Assembly (NCBI RefSeq): GCF_006345805.1
Contig: NC_043000.1
Location: forward strand, 76,818,001 to 76,882,000
Reading direction: 5' to 3'
Source: Octopus sinensis
Taxonomy: Eukaryota
Length of the DNA stretch: 64,000 bases
Part shown: in pieces, positions 62,979-64,000 of the stretch
Layout of the letters: each line of letters begins with the position of its first letter
Numbering within the stretch: position 1 is the stretch's first letter
Program-made: the position numbers and the translations under genes
The notes under the pieces: generated by a model
The model's database searches: none
What the model saw: only the letters and a program-made list of their open reading frames with translations
Told to the model about the DNA's origin: nothing

Positions 62979-63224
62979 GTAGGTGTGCCCAGTGTGGTTG
63001 TGTACTCTTATTGTTCTGGAGACTGTCCAGGTATTGTCAGGTAGGTGTGTCCAGGGTGGCTATGTACCTTATTGCTGTGGAGATTGTGTCCTAGCATTGT
63101 CAGGGTGGTGTATCCAGAGTGGCTGCATACTCTGTAGACTGCCCTAGTTTTGTCAGGTAAGTGTACTCTGGGTGGGTATGTGCCGTTATTATTCTGGAGA
63201 TTGTCCTAGCATTGTCAGGTAGAC
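62948..63224 (+). repeat. ~62-bp minisatellite built from the exon 8 end and splice donor
   Basis: Five units ending TCAG at 62978, 63040, 63103, 63156 and 63218. Confidence 0.9.
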
Positions 63225-63477
63225 AATGCTACAATATACAGCAGCTGTATATCTCTATTATTCTAGGAAGTGTGTACTAACTTGTAATTAATAGTCTATG
63301 ATGTAAACTGGTGACTATGTAGTCTGTTTTATGACACTTAAATTATTAATTAAATGAAATATAAAGTTTATGAGTTGAAAAAAATGTGACTAAGATTGTT
63401 AAAATTACTATATAGAAACATTTTTAGTCTTGTAACTTGAACAGTTAACCTATAAATATAATTGCTTCCTGTCTTAA

Positions 63478-63690
63478 CTCTTTAGCATTTAAACCAGTTG
63501 TATCTGGCCCAAATATTCTACTTGATTTATATTCGCACAGGCCAGATCCAACCTCTCACACCTACCCTGCAATGTCATTCTAAAAACAAACAATCTCCTT
63601 AAAAATCTCAGAGCAATGAGATAATACAGTATTAATTTTATAAAATGTGACTAAGTATTACACTTGACAAAGTAATCTGAATGCTAAAGA
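63478..63690 (-). mobile_element. piggyBac-like MITE (same family as 2722-2934)
   Basis: TTAA-CTCTTTAGCAT...ATGCTAAAGA. Internal sequence is the reverse complement of the 2.7-kb copy. Confidence 0.75.
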
Positions 63691-63730
63691 TTTATATATA
63701 TTTCTTGTTATTTCCCTTTTTTCTTTTCAG

Positions 63731-63892
63731 ATGAAGGAGATGTATTTGGCTGGGGCAACTCTGAGTACAACCAGTTAGCATTGATTACTGATCACACCCA
63801 GGTGCATACACCAAAGCATTTTAAACTATCAGCATCTTTGGGCAAAATCACCCAAGTGGCATCTGGTGGGTCAATCTGTGGGTTTCTGAATG
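63731..63892 (+). CDS. RCC1L: RCC1L coding exon 9 (gene continues beyond window)
   Basis: ttcttttcag|...|GTAAGA, 162 nt. DEGDVFGWGNSEYNQLALITDHTQVHTP...GKITQVASGGSICGFLN matches human DGGLFGWGNSEYLQLASVTDSTQVNVP...GKVRQAACGGTGCAVLN. Confidence 0.95.
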
Positions 63893-64000
63893 GTAAGAGG
63901 ACATCTTATATAATAGTGTTTGCTGATTAGTGTTAATTGGGAATGGCTTTTTATGAATCTTAATAAATTCTTTGCTTTAATTCAGTGTTTCTCAGCCATT

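Overview
AT-rich, repeat-dense eukaryotic genomic DNA with no prokaryotic features. The repeat families (tRNA-derived SINEs with internal TA/CA microsatellites, RTE LINEs with (GAT)n tails, mariners, Penelope-like elements) look like those of a coleoid cephalopod, probably Octopus; this is inference from repeat content. One host gene is well supported: RCC1L/WBSCR16, a mitochondrial RCC1-like protein, on the + strand. I traced nine coding exons by hand from 29237 to 63892; all have GT-AG boundaries and consistent phases, and the gene continues past the window end. A weaker candidate spliced transcript lies on the minus strand at 3.7-13 kb next to a CpG-rich promoter-like region. The rest is mostly nested mobile DNA. 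The most unusual items are: (1) a 3-kb Ty3/gypsy element with both LTRs, PBS, PPT and TSD whose single ORF fuses Gag, protease and integrase with RT/RNaseH removed in frame; (2) several families of minimal hammerhead-ribozyme-like motifs, one with a recurrent non-canonical CUGUNGA core; (3) tandem amplification of RCC1L exon-end/splice-donor junctions; (4) many long inverted repeats in RCC1L introns. All alignments and counts were done by eye, and repeat boundaries are approximate.
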